Below are positions 1 to 10,762 of a stretch of 64,000 nucleotides of DNA, piece by piece. Position 1 is the stretch's first letter. Every line of letters begins with the position of its first letter. A program made the position numbers and the translations under genes. The stretch is taken from contig JBHGNT010000015.1 in NCBI GenBank assembly GCA_043228905.1, positions 14,880,001 to 14,944,000 on the forward strand, in the 5' to 3' direction. This DNA comes from Azolla caroliniana (taxonomy: Eukaryota > Plantae > Polypodiophyta). The notes beneath the pieces are model-generated. The model saw nothing but the letters and a program-made list of their open reading frames with translations, ran no database searches and was not told the origin of the DNA.

Positions 1-2260
1 ACATCTATGTGGACCCTACGGCCGAAGACCGTCACCAACAAAGATCGATGCGATTCAAGCTATGAAGGAAGTATGTGAGTCAACATCGGAAGTCCGAAGG
101 TTTCTGGGTGCGTGTGCATTCTATCACATATGGATTCCGCACTATGCACATATAGCGGACCCGCCCTATCACTTGTTGCGGAAAGGTAAGAAATTCGAGT
201 GGAAACCGGAACACACTAAAGCCATGAGGAAGCTCAAGAAGACACTATGGAGGGCGGAATCACTTAGGAAGCCAAGCTACGAGCGGCCAATCATAGTAAC
301 GGTTGATACAAGTCCAACCGGTATCGGGTGGGTCATCAATCAAGCCGACTCGGATGGTTCGCGGTATCCGATCCGATTTGGAGCAAAGGTCCTCAACGAA
401 AGGCAACGCGGATATGCACAGGTCAAAAGAGAATTGTGGGGAGTCGTGTCGGCGATAAAATCGGATCGGGATTATTTGATCGGAGCTGAAGTGGTGATCG
501 AGACGGATTGTCTTCCGATACTCGGGATGATGCGGTGTTGTACGATACCGGATGTGGCTATGCTAAGGTGGATTGCATATGTCAAGTCACTTAATCCGGA
601 GGTTCGACACATCTCGGGGAAGGACAACGCGGTAGCGGACATGTTATCGAGGGCGCGGTTTGAAGACGACATAACCGAATCAGATAATGAAGAAGTTTCC
701 GAAGACTACTTCACGTCAGAACACATATGCCGAGTGAACGTGATCCGAGAATTCCGGGAAGAAGAATACGAGGGGGAAACCTTGATGATCGGGAAGATGC
801 TACAAGAGGTCGAGGATTCAACCAATGATAAAGAAAGGAGAGCCGAGATCCGAAGGAAGAAGAGGCAAGTCCAAAAGTTCTTCTTGGAAAACGGTTTAAT
901 ATGGAGGACGCCGAAAAGACCGGATGGGATACCACTTCGAGTAGTCGGGACGAAAGAGCAACGAAACCGGATAATGTCCGAGTTCCACGAATCCGATTGG
1001 GCTGGACATCGAGGAACATGGGCAACTTTTGTGAAAATCAAGCAAAGATATTGGTGGAAGAACATGTATAAAGATGTCGCGGAGTTCACAGAAAGCTGCG
1101 AGAAATGTCAAGTCTACTCCGGGGTCCGACACCGAGATGAGCTGCATCCGACATTCTCACCGACAATCAACTTCAAGTGGATGGTCGACATTGTAGCTAT
1201 GCCGACCGGGATTGGACAAAAGAAATACTTGGTGTTAGCTCGAGAAGATCTCACAAACCAAGTTGAAGGTCGAGCGCTTCGGAGGAAAACGTGTGCCGCG
1301 GTGTGCCAATTTCTTTTGGAAGAAGTGTTTTGTAGGTACGACTGCGTAGGACAAGTGATTGCGGACCGGGGAGAACTCGACTCGGACAAAGCTAGGGGAT
1401 TCTTCACCAAACATGGAGTTCGGTTAACGTTGACAACGGCCTACAATCCGGAGGCCAACGGGAAGATCGAACGAGGACATAGTTCGATCGTGAAAGCACT
1501 TGCGAAGGCATGCGACGGAAGGGTGAAGGATTGGCCACAAATGCTTCCGTATGCACTATGGGCGGATCGGACGACGCATAGCTCCGTGACCGGTTACATG
1601 CCGGCAGAACTCATGACCGGACAAGCACCGGTAATGCCAACGGAAACCGCAATCGCGACATGGACAATACTACCGTGGAAGGAAGAGATGAGCCGGGAAG
1701 AACTACTAGCGGTCCGGATACGACAACTGGAGGGAAGACCGAAAGATGTAGCGGAAGCGTCACGCCGACAACAAGAAGCACGGTTCCAGAACAAAAGCCG
1801 GTTCGACACAAAGCACCGACTACGACCGAGGAGGATTGAAGAAGGAGATTGGGTGATCGTCTATGATAGTAGCTTGGACCATCAACATACAACGATGCGG
1901 GAATTCGCGAAAAGGTGGTTCGGGCCGTACGAGGTTCGGAAGGTCTTCGACAACGGGACGTACCGACTGTCCGAGTTGGATGGAACAATACTACGAGTGC
2001 CTATAGCCGGGAAGCGGGTGAAGATTTTCAAGAAGCGGACCGACGACAAACCTTATGTGATCCAAGTCGAGGCCGACAACGAGGAGCAATCGGACGAAGA
2101 CCACAATGATGCGGGAAGCGAAGAAAGTGGATTACAACTCATAGTCGACATAAGGGGAGAATCGGAGGAAGCTTCGGATGAAGACAGATATGAAGAATCA
2201 AGAACTTCGGCACATACCGGAGGATGTGCGGGTTTGGAGGGGGCGAGTGTCGTAGTGTAG
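1..2260 (+). CDS. pol: Ty3/Gypsy pol, 3' part (end of RT, RNase H, integrase with HHCC, core and GPY/F motifs, acidic tail; no chromodomain)
   Basis: 732-aa ORF 62..2260 with VRRFLG, VDTSPTGIG..IETDC..NAVADMLSR (RNase H), H-x5-H..C-x2-C, AYNPEANGKIER and WFGPYEV. Integrase follows RNase H (Gypsy order). The ORF runs through the PPT and stops inside the LTR. Confidence 0.95.
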   Translation, partial: HLCGPYGRRPSPTKIDAIQAMKEVCESTSEVRRFLGACAFYHIWIPHYAHIADPPYHLLRKGKKFEWKPEHTKAMRKLKKTLWRAESLRKPSYERPIIVTVDTSPTGIGWVINQADSDGSRYPIRFGAKVLNERQRGYAQVKRELWGVVSAIKSDRDYLIGAEVVIETDCLPILGMMRCCTIPDVAMLRWIAYVKSLNPEVRHISGKDNAVADMLSRARFEDDITESDNEEVSEDYFTSEHICRVNVIREFREEEYEGETLMIGKMLQEVEDSTNDKERRAEIRRKKRQVQKFFLENGLIWRTPKRPDGIPLRVVGTKEQRNRIMSEFHESDWAGHRGTWATFVKIKQRYWWKNMYKDVAEFTESCEKCQVYSGVRHRDELHPTFSPTINFKWMVDIVAMPTGIGQKKYLVLAREDLTNQVEGRALRRKTCAAVCQFLLEEVFCRYDCVGQVIADRGELDSDKARGFFTKHGVRLTLTTAYNPEANGKIERGHSSIVKALAKACDGRVKDWPQMLPYALWADRTTHSSVTGYMPAELMTGQAPVMPTETAIATWTILPWKEEMSREELLAVRIRQLEGRPKDVAEASRRQQEARFQNKSRFDTKHRLRPRRIEEGDWVIVYDSSLDHQHTTMREFAKRWFGPYEVRKVFDNGTYRLSELDGTILRVPIAGKRVKIFKKRTDDKPYVIQVEADNEEQSDEDHNDAGSEESGLQLIVDIRGESEEASDEDRYEESRTSAHTGGCAGLEGASVVV

Positions 2261-3009
2261 GTTGCACACTATGTGGAAATTATATTTTTGTCCCTCCGGA
2301 TAGAGAATGGAGTGCTCGGTGAGAACCGGAAGAAAACGGCATACCGGCAAGGAAGAGCCGGATAAAGAGACATAAATGTTAAAAAAAGAAGAAGGAAATA
2401 CTCACTACTGCGCAGGGCGTGATTCAAACTCTACACCTCCACGTTGACAAACCCCAACCTTACCATTACATTAACTTATCTTAAGTGTTTTAAATATAGA
2501 TTTAATACGTATAAGACCTTTATTTATGCATACCTTTATTAAAAGGTAAATCGTGTATTTTTTTTTAATATATGAAAAAGACGAGACACTAAAAATAACT
2601 CATGCACATCTAGCGTGCATGAGCCCTATACTTAGGAAATAAAAAAGCATCACATGCACATTTAGTGGACATGAACACTTTTTGTAAAAAAAAAAGCATG
2701 AAGCCATGCTTAGCTCTTCCTTCCTTATATAAGGAGGAGGGAAATATATAAAGGGTTGTTGATTATTTGGATTAAGTATTAATCAATACAAAAATTATTC
2801 GTGGGATTCACGATTTATACATCTACTTCTCTCTTAACACCCTAAGTACCAATTAATATAGTATACTCGTGTGATTCACGAGTTTCTTATCTTTCTCTTT
2901 GCTATTTACTCATAATTAATCTCTATCTCACGAACTTCTTTCTCCTAGTCCAAGACCTCTGTGGTTCCCACCCGACTCACGCAACGATCCGGAGCCGAAA
3001 GGCACGACA
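2248..3009 (+). mobile_element. 3' LTR of Gypsy family A
   Basis: Preceded by PPT GGAGGGGGCGAG; termini TGTCGT...ACGACA; TATA-like TATATAAG near 2726; homologous to five other LTRs in the window. Confidence 0.9.
2414..2474 (-). ncRNA. tRNA-derived Pol III-type cassette inside LTR (degenerate)
   Basis: Minus strand reads TAATGTAATGGTAAG...TGTC...AGTTTGAATC; homologous to the better-preserved copy at 61318. Confidence 0.55.
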
Positions 3010-3827
3010 ACGTAAATAGTGTAGATGAACATACAAATTAAGGTTTAAAAAATAGTGAAATGTGGGTGGGTAGATGAAAATCATAAGAAACTTGTGTAAT
3101 TAAAAAATAGGTAGAATAATAATCAATTAGGTGTATCAACATTAAGCATGCCTTAAGGGATGACACCCTAAGGTAGTCAACATGCACCCCCTCAAGACCA
3201 CCACATCTCCCTAGAATCGGCCAATTGATGGCTCAATAAAGAGTAAAGTGGCATACTCAACATCATATGCAAAAGGGCCATGAGGTGAGCATGTGCAATT
3301 AGGGCAAACACGCTCGACCTGATGCACAAGAATAATTATTATTGTAAGAGATGGCTCAAGAGAGGGGAGAGTGGGGGATACATCGCAATATGCAAAAGGG
3401 CCATGAGTTGAACGTGTGCGATTAGTGGAAACATGCTCGACCCGATGCATAAGTAGATTAATATCGTATGATGGTAGAAAGAAGAAAGAAAAGAAAAGAA
3501 AACGTAATACCACTTCCATATGACCAAGAAGAAAGCATCATAGAAAAGAAAAGAGAGATCGAGAAAGAAGAATACCGGTTTAAGAATGTTATTTTGATCC
3601 TACGAAGAGCATGGCGAGCCTTGTTAGATCCCCATCGCTCACACACAAAAAACATCAAAATAAATAAATAAAATGTTAGTAAATGCTCTAATAAAACGGT
3701 TAAGAGTCTATTACTAATCAATAGACCAAACTAAAGTAAAAGAAGGAAAATAGAATGGATAGAAGAACCCGTTCCACCCGACCACCCCTGAGCTATGATG
3801 TAGACATAACCAACTTACCGCCGACGT
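3010..3827 (-). mobile_element. Old retrotransposon 3' remnant (PPT, LTR start and ~120-bp duplicated unit)
   Basis: Minus strand CTTGAGGGGGTGCA then TGTTGAC at ~3196-3176 resembles a PPT/LTR junction; units 3230-3330 and 3353-3453 are similar to each other. Confidence 0.4.
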
Positions 3828-4556
3828 TGTCGTGCCTTTCGGCTCTGGATTGTTGCGTGAATCGGGTGGGAACCACCGAGGTTTTGGACTAGGAGAAAAG
3901 AAAATTCTAAGATAATTAAGAATATGAAATATATGGTAAGAAAGAAAGATATGAAAAACTCGTGAATCCCACGAGTATAGTGTATTAATTGATACTTAGA
4001 ATGTAAGAGAGAAATAGATGGCAAAATCGTGAATCCCATGAATATTTTTTTATTAATCAATCCTTGTAAAATAATCAACAACCCCCCATACATCTTTCTC
4101 TCCTCATATAAGGATGGAAGAGGCTAAGCATAGCTTCATGCTTTTTCTAGAGTGTTCATGCACACTAAATGTGCATGAGTTGCCTTTTTACACTATGCTT
4201 TTATTTCCTAAATATAGTGCTCATGCTCGTTAGATGTGCACGAGTCAATTTTCATTGGTGTACATTTTTTTCTTATAAATAAAGTATTCACGCATTCTTA
4301 AAAAATGCATGACTTACCTTTTAATAAAGGTAGGCATAAATAAAGGTCTTATATGTATTAAATCTATGTTTAAATCATTTAGGATAAGTTAGTACAATGG
4401 TAAGGTTGGGCTTTGTCTACGTGGAGGTGCAGGGTTCAAATCTTGCCTTATGCATGTAATGAATATTTTTAATATTTTATTTTATTTATTATACGTACTT
4501 TAAATCGGATATAGTATTTTACATATTTCACGTAGTGTGTGATTCACACTATGACA
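3828..4556 (-). mobile_element. Solo LTR, Gypsy family A
   Basis: Reverse-complement homologue of 2248-3009; flanks ACGT (3824-3827) and ATGT (4557-4560) form a 4-bp TSD with one CpG transition. Confidence 0.88.
4390..4448 (+). ncRNA. tRNA-derived Pol III-type cassette inside LTR
   Basis: A box TAGTACAATGG at 4390, B box GGTTCAAATC at 4433, TTTTT at ~4466. Confidence 0.65.
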
Positions 4557-4921
4557 ATGTCCCATACCGCTAGATATTAGGATGACTAATACCTTGGAAG
4601 AGATAAACACGATCGTCGAGACGAAAGCCTAGCCCGCACCACCGGTGTCTAAGACAACAACCTTCCGACATAATGTCCTTATGAGGGTAGTTAAGCCTCA
4701 TATTTATACCTTTTCCTAGGCCCCTTGAATAGATGTGCCTTTCTAAAAGGCTCTCCATTCATTGGTTGTCCAAATCATAATAGTGCATGCACCTATCATT
4801 CCTTCTATCCAATCATTAGTCCCCTTTTTAACATTAGTGAACATACCCTTCACTAATGTAAATATTAGTGACCTACCCTCACCAACGTTATGTGTACATG
4901 ACATACACCTTTATTCATACA

Positions 4922-7900
4922 TGTTAATAATTAGGTAATTAACTAAGGGTTAATTAGTATCTAATTATGTGAGTAGTTAATCACGTATGTGAATAAGCCG
5001 TGGAAGATTATGTGATATGTGTGTGTGAGAGAGGAAGTTACACTAAAACACTAAGACAAGATGAGGAATGATTAACAATTGTAGCTCAAGGAGTTCTTAC
5101 TTATATTAAAAAGACATCAAGTTACAAAAATACCCACAATGAGGTATATATATACATCTCATGTGCAAAGGTGCACATGTGTGAGAAGAATATGGGTACA
5201 ACTACAAGGGTGTAAGTCCTATATTAAATGAACATGATAGTGGGGGATCTTGAGGTATCCCACTTAACTATAAGGAACAAAATGCTATTTAAGACTTTAT
5301 AGTCAACATTCTAACTAGATTCTATTTATGTAACTACGAAGTTACATGGTTGACTAAATGACTAAACTTAGTTGAGCTTGATATCTCAACACACCCCCTC
5401 AAGCTCAAGTGTGAGGGTTCAACTATAGACTTATGTCATGTTGGCAGTTTTCGGTTCCTCCTCCTCAAGCCTTCAACGAAGGCTTGGAGTGTTAATCGGC
5501 TGAAGACCGAGTGCCAACGAAAACTGGTGGAGCTTGTCTACTCCTAAGGCCTTGGTAAAGATATCGGTCGTCTATTGATCAGTGCTGACATGTTGAAGGT
5601 TGATGTCTCCCGTGACGATGCGCTCCTGAACGTAGTGATAATGCAACTCGATGTGTTTTGTTCGGGCATGGAAGACCGGGTTTCGGGCTAGTTGTATGCT
5701 ACTTTGATTGTCACAGTAGATACGTATCAGTTTATTGACCGATTCATTGAAGTCCTTTAGTAGTCACTTCAACCAAATTGCTTCGCAGGTGGCTATGGCT
5801 GCGCCCCTGTATTCCACTTCGGTGCTGGGCAATGCAATTGTTGTTTACTTCTTGCTACTCCAGGAAATCGCTCCGCTTTAGAGTGAGAAGATGAATCCAG
5901 ATGTTGAACGTCGATCGGATACGTTGCCGACCCAATTGACATCGGTGTATCCTTCTAACCGAATAGTCGCTCCTTCCTTGTAGAAGATTCCCCGATCCAT
6001 GGTTCCACTAACATATCGTAAGACTCGCTTAACATAATGCAAATGTGTGTCGCACGGTGTTTGCATTAACTAACTAAGGAGATCGAATGGATCACTCAGA
6101 TAGGGTCGAGTGATAGTTAGATAGATGAGGTTCTCGATGATTTGCTGATACTTAGTTGGCTCACATGGTGTTCTAGAGTCCGTATGCAACTTTAAGGTCG
6201 CGGTAAAGGGGAGTCGATATTGGCTTGTGTTCCATCATACCAAACTTGAACAAAAGGTTTAGGATGTAATGGCGTTGGGATATCATGATGCCGTCGCCGG
6301 TTCGGATGACCTCGATTCCCAAAAAGTAATGAAGTTCGTTCATGTCTTTCATCTCGAACTTCTCGGATAGGAGCATCTTTATTGATGTCGACTAGGTGCT
6401 CACCACCAATCACTAAGCCGTCGACATATATAATAATGAAGATCAGATCACTGGAGTTGCTTCGAATAAACAACAAATTGTCGGACTTAGACATTTGAAA
6501 GCCGATTCGGTGTATAGACTGCGTTATCTTTGAATGCCAAGCCTTTGGCGCTTGCTTGAGGCCGTAGAGGGGCTTCTTGAGTCGGCATACGACATTTGGA
6601 TGTGATTTCGACTTGTAGCCGGGTGGTTGTACCATGTACACCTCCTCCTCTAGCTTGCCTTGGAGGAACACATTTTTCACGTCCATTTGGTGGAGGTGCC
6701 ACCCTTTTGCCGCCGCGAGTGCTAGGACCGTCCGAAACATGGTCATCTTTATAGCCGGGGCAAAGGTTTCTTTGTAGTCAATGTTGTGGGTTTGAGCATA
6801 CCCCTTAGTGACAAGCCGAGCTTTGTATCGATTGATGTAGCTGAACGAAGGAGGGTTTTCCCTCGCCAATATTGCCGTCCTCAACGAGTCGAATTGTTAT
6901 ACAAGGCCGCCCAAGCATAGTTGAACCATCTCGTCTTCGTCAATGTTTATGTTGATGGGGCAAAGTGAGTCGCAAATGCTCTTGATCTTGGCAGTGTAGT
7001 CCGACACAAACATATCTTTTTGTCAAATGTTGTTCAACTCTTGTCGTAGTTGAAGCTTTTGGGCGGTCGTGTTGGCGGCGAACATCTTCTTTAAGTTCGC
7101 TCGTGCTTCTTTAGGTGTCTTGGCGTCTCGAATGTGGCTAAGCATGTGGTCGTGGACACATGTTGCTAAGAAATACATGACTCGACTCGCCGGTTGCTCC
7201 CATGTTGAGTAGTCGCCGTTCTTTGGGTGGAGTCGATTTTCTTATGCGCCGTTGATGTAGCTCCAATACCCTTGGCCGACGAGGTATTGGTTCATCTTGT
7301 ACTCCCAAGATGAATAATTGCTCCGGTTTAACTTTTCACTAGGGAGCGAGCTGCCCATTTATGTGTTCATGTTGATTGTAGTGTCTTCCATTTTTTGCTT
7401 TTCTTCCTTCTATCACGTACACGTGCTACGTAGCGACACTATGGTAGCCGATAGCTGGATTTTGTCGTCAGAGTCGGGTAGGCTTAGTGGATTTTCTAAA
7501 CCACACGCTCCGATACCATGTTAAGAATTAGGTAATTAACTATGGGTTAATTAATACCTAATTATGTGATTAAGCTAAGCGGAAGATTGAGTGATATGTG
7601 TGTGTATTTGTGTGAGAGGAAGAGAGAGAGGGAGTTACCACTATGAACAACGAGACAAGATGGGGGATGATTAACTATATATTAAATTAGCATCATCAAA
7701 TACAAAAATACCCACAATGAGGTATATATAAATCTCATGTGCAAGGGTGCACATGTGTGAGGAAAATATAGGTACAAGAGTGTAAGTCCTATATTAAATG
7801 TACTTGGTAGTGGAGGATCTAGAATATCCAACTTAAGTACAAGGTCCTATTTAAAAGAAATATCTAGATAACTAAGAAGTTACATTGTTGACTAACTAAC

Positions 7901-7929
7901 TAAACTAAGTTGAGCTTGATCTCTCAACA
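4922..7929 (-). mobile_element. Internally deleted Ty1/Copia element (gag fused to RT/RNase H; PR and INT missing)
   Basis: LTRs 4922-5391 and 7519-7929 (TGTT...AACA); PBS TGGTATCGGAGC (tRNA-iMet) at 7507-7518; PPT at 5392-5403; gag RENPPSF joined to RT RYKARLV..QMDVKN..YVDG at ~6843; many stops. Confidence 0.9.
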
Positions 7930-7973
7930 TGATACATTCAAGTAGATGGGCTTAATATCTAATCTTGACATGT

Positions 7974-8044
7974 CGCTAAGGAGGGCTTGAACCTCCAACC
8001 TTATGCTTAACAACCATACACTCTAGCCAACTGAGCTATTGAAC
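7974..8044 (-). pseudogene. tRNA-Asn(GTT) pseudogene
   Basis: Minus strand TAGCTCAGTTGGCTAGAG..GTT..GGAGGTTCAAGCCCTCC; acceptor and anticodon stems damaged. Confidence 0.8.
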
Positions 8045-8359
8045 TATGTAAATCTTGCACAAAATTAGGTTTCTCATTACCTTTTATGATACATGATAAT
8101 AAATAATTGTTGACGGTAAATGAAAGCCATCAATAATCCCATATTTAGCTCACTTATTTTTAGATGTCTTTTTTTTGCACTGTAATTATGTCTTGTTTGT
8201 GAATAAAGAAATAGCTCCCTAGTGCAAGGTTCCTTGTATTTTGAATTCATTAATACGAGTTGTCTATACCAAATCATTTGAACCTCAATTTGTTGGACTA
8301 TTTTTTGTATGTGGCAATATCGAAGACTTTTCTATGTGGTGTTTTTATGTTAAGAAGGT

Positions 8360-8429
8360 GCTTTCATAGCTCAATTGGTTAGAGCATTTGTTTAGTAAGC
8401 GGGAGGTCTTGAGTTCCTCAATGAAAGCA
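8360..8429 (+). pseudogene. tRNA-Thr(AGT) pseudogene
   Basis: GCTTTCATAGCTCAATTGGTTAGAGC..TTAGTAA..GAGGTCTTGAGTTC..CTCAATGAAAGCA; acceptor stem GCTTTCA/TGAAAGC intact, T-loop deletion, anticodon-stem C>T changes. Confidence 0.82.
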
Positions 8430-8712
8430 AGCCTAAGTCACGCTTTTCCCTCATTTAGTTTGACGTGTTTTTTTAGTGCATTATATATGCATCCTATTTC
8501 AATCTTAAAATAGACCTTGTTGTCCTTACAATTTTGCTAAACCATTCTGTCGTTACAATTTGACGAGCTGGAACACTTCTATAGATCGATCGATCGTCCT
8601 ACATTAGTAACATACATATATTATAAAAAAATCATCATATATTCATGTTGTTTTTATGTAGTTTGTATTTATAGGTTCAAGTAGATGGTTGAATATCTAA
8701 CCTTCACATCTT

Positions 8713-8769
8713 GCGCCAAAGAAGGCTTGACCCTGTGATCTTATGCTTAATAGCCATACGCTCTAGCCA
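8713..8769 (-). pseudogene. Truncated tRNA-Asn remnant
   Basis: Homologous to 8965-9038 with the same flank (ataggttcaagtagatgg..taatatctaa); 5' end lost. Confidence 0.6.
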
Positions 8770-8964
8770 TTGTGTCATTACAATTTATTTAGGTGGAACA
8801 CTTCTATACATCAATCAATTTTTAGTCCTCTTGAAGTTTTTGCTGAGGATTCAGAGCAGGGTATACCCGTTTTTCTTTTACGTAGATTATAAAACAATCA
8901 ACACTTCTTGTAGTTCATATTTATAGGTTCAAGTACATGGGGTTAATATCTAAACTTCACATGT

Positions 8965-9038
8965 CGCTCCAAGGAGGGCTTGAACCTTTGACCTTATGGT
9001 TAACAGCCATACGCTCTAACCAATTGAGCTATTGAAGC
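8965..9038 (-). tRNA. tRNA-Asn(GTT), full length but T-stem mutated (probably a pseudogene)
   Basis: 74 nt: GCTTCAATAGCTCAATTGGTTAGAGCGTATGGCTGTTAACCATAAGGTCAAAGGTTCAAGCCCTCCTTGGAGCG. Acceptor, D and anticodon stems pair; T stem GGAGG has become AAAGG. Confidence 0.8.
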
Positions 9039-9320
9039 ACATAGATTGTGCACAATATTAGGTATCACATTACCTTTTAGATCTCAATTGGTCGTCTCTT
9101 GCAATTAATATGCGGAAGATATGTAGTTTAGCTCGAAATGATCGGAACCTCCAACTCATGCAATTGTTATCATTGAAAAAATATAATTGCTTCCCTCAAT
9201 TGAATCTCTAATGTTTTTTAACAAAGATTTGTTGACTCTCAAGGAACACAATCAGTAATCTCACATTTATCTCACTTATTTTTGGATTTCTTTTTTCGCG
9301 CATAAATTATGTCTTATTTC

Positions 9321-9652
9321 TTACACCGGATAACAACAGAGAATAAACCCAGGTTTAATAGAAGCTTAGAATACATAGTTCATGGGAGAGAGTAGGATAA
9401 CATAAATTGAATTCAAAATAATAACGCTTTGTAAATATATAATGCGCTAATGAGCACTTTTATACAGGTCCTAAAAAAGGACTAACAGACATACTCACAA
9501 GTACTTCAATGCTCATACGAGCGATTGACACTAACTCTTGAAAATATGCCTACGTACTTGGCTAGATTCGTAGCACTCTAATGGCCTATCGGTTACAATC
9601 CGATCTGGCTCTCCGATCCGGGTCCTGGTTCCGGATGCGATCCGCACACCGA
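9321..9652 (-). mobile_element. Copia LTR fragment hosting a Gypsy insertion
   Basis: Shares tttatacaagtcct and tacttcaatgctca motifs with the Copia LTR at 28672-29057; duplicated at 55620-55982. Confidence 0.6.
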
Positions 9653-9746
9653 TGTCGTAGTGTATTTTGTTCACTATGTGAAAAACGTATAAAGTACCCG
9701 ATTTAATAAATATGAAGAAAATATGTGAATACATGTTACATGCATA

Positions 9747-9805
9747 GGGCACAATTCGAACCTTGTACCTCCATGTTAATGATTTGGAGCCTTACTATTA
9801 TACTA
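9747..9805 (-). ncRNA. tRNA-derived Pol III-type cassette inside LTR
   Basis: Minus strand TAGTATAATAGTAAG..GGAGGTACAAGGTTCGAATT followed by TTTT. Confidence 0.6.
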
Positions 9806-10390
9806 ATACATCATGAGTGTTAGAAAAGTAGATGTCCCACATACAAAGGGAATTTCATGCATATTTTTTAGGAAAAAGCTTTAGTTAGAAGAAAAACGCA
9901 TGATAAGAAGAAGAAGAAGAAGCTACATGTGCAAATCTAGGGTGCATGAAACCTATAGTAAAAAAAAAAACCAACATGAGGTTAGAAAAAGCATGTTAAA
10001 GAAAACATATAGATAGAAAAAACATGGATTGCTAAGACTCTCTCATCACTATATAAGGATGGGGAGAAAATTGTAATAGTGTTGTTGATTCTTGGGTTTT
10101 TTATTACAATCAAAATATTAATTAATATAATACTTGTGGGATTCACAAGTTTTGATCGCTTTTCTCAATCTACTCTAATCTATTCTAAACGATATTAATT
10201 TATTACTATGATTTTAATTATTACGTTAAACTAATTCACTATATTTGTGGGATTCACGAATTTCTATCCCTCTTTCTTACAATATACACATATTCTTATT
10301 AGCCTTAAAACTCTCTTCCTCCTAGTCCATAACCTTGGCAGTTTCCACCTCACTCACACAACGATCTGGTGTCGAAAGGCACGACACAAT

Positions 10391-10408
10391 TGGTGAACCC
10401 GACGTGAA
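10391..10408 (+). promoter_or_regulatory. Primer-binding site complementary to the tRNA-Trp 3' end
   Basis: Reverse complement TTCACGTCGGGTTCACCA matches the plant tRNA-Trp 3' end as recalled; lies 4 nt (CAAT) after the LTR. Confidence 0.8.
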
Positions 10409-10762
10409 AACGGGTGGCAAGGAGATGGAGAATCAACAAGAGGCTAGCAAGTTGATGACGATGTTCGAGCGGATGCTACAAGAACAACGCGCGATGTGAG
10501 AGATCGACGGTAGTGGAGTGGCTCGTGCAATGGAACGGGCAATTCAACGGGAAGGATGTGTCACATTATTTGTGGGACTACAAGGCGGAGATGCTATGGT
10601 GCGGAACATTGGAAGGATTGCAAGTGATATCCTTGAATCGAGTGGCTACTGATAGGCTTCAAGGGAGTATCCACAGGATATGACAACAAAATCCGACGTG
10701 GGCGGCGTTTGAAGAAGCGTTGAAGACCACGTTCGCTATCGAGGACTCCTCCAAGGCAACGT

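Noticed and set aside
4917-7936. 5-bp TSD for the deleted Copia
   Set aside because: Left ATACA does not match the immediate right flank TGATA, and the flanks belong to different sequences, so the element may be recombinant.
7974-9038. tRNA-derived SINE family
   Set aside because: The copies are full tRNA genes with shared upstream and downstream flanks and no A tail or TSD.
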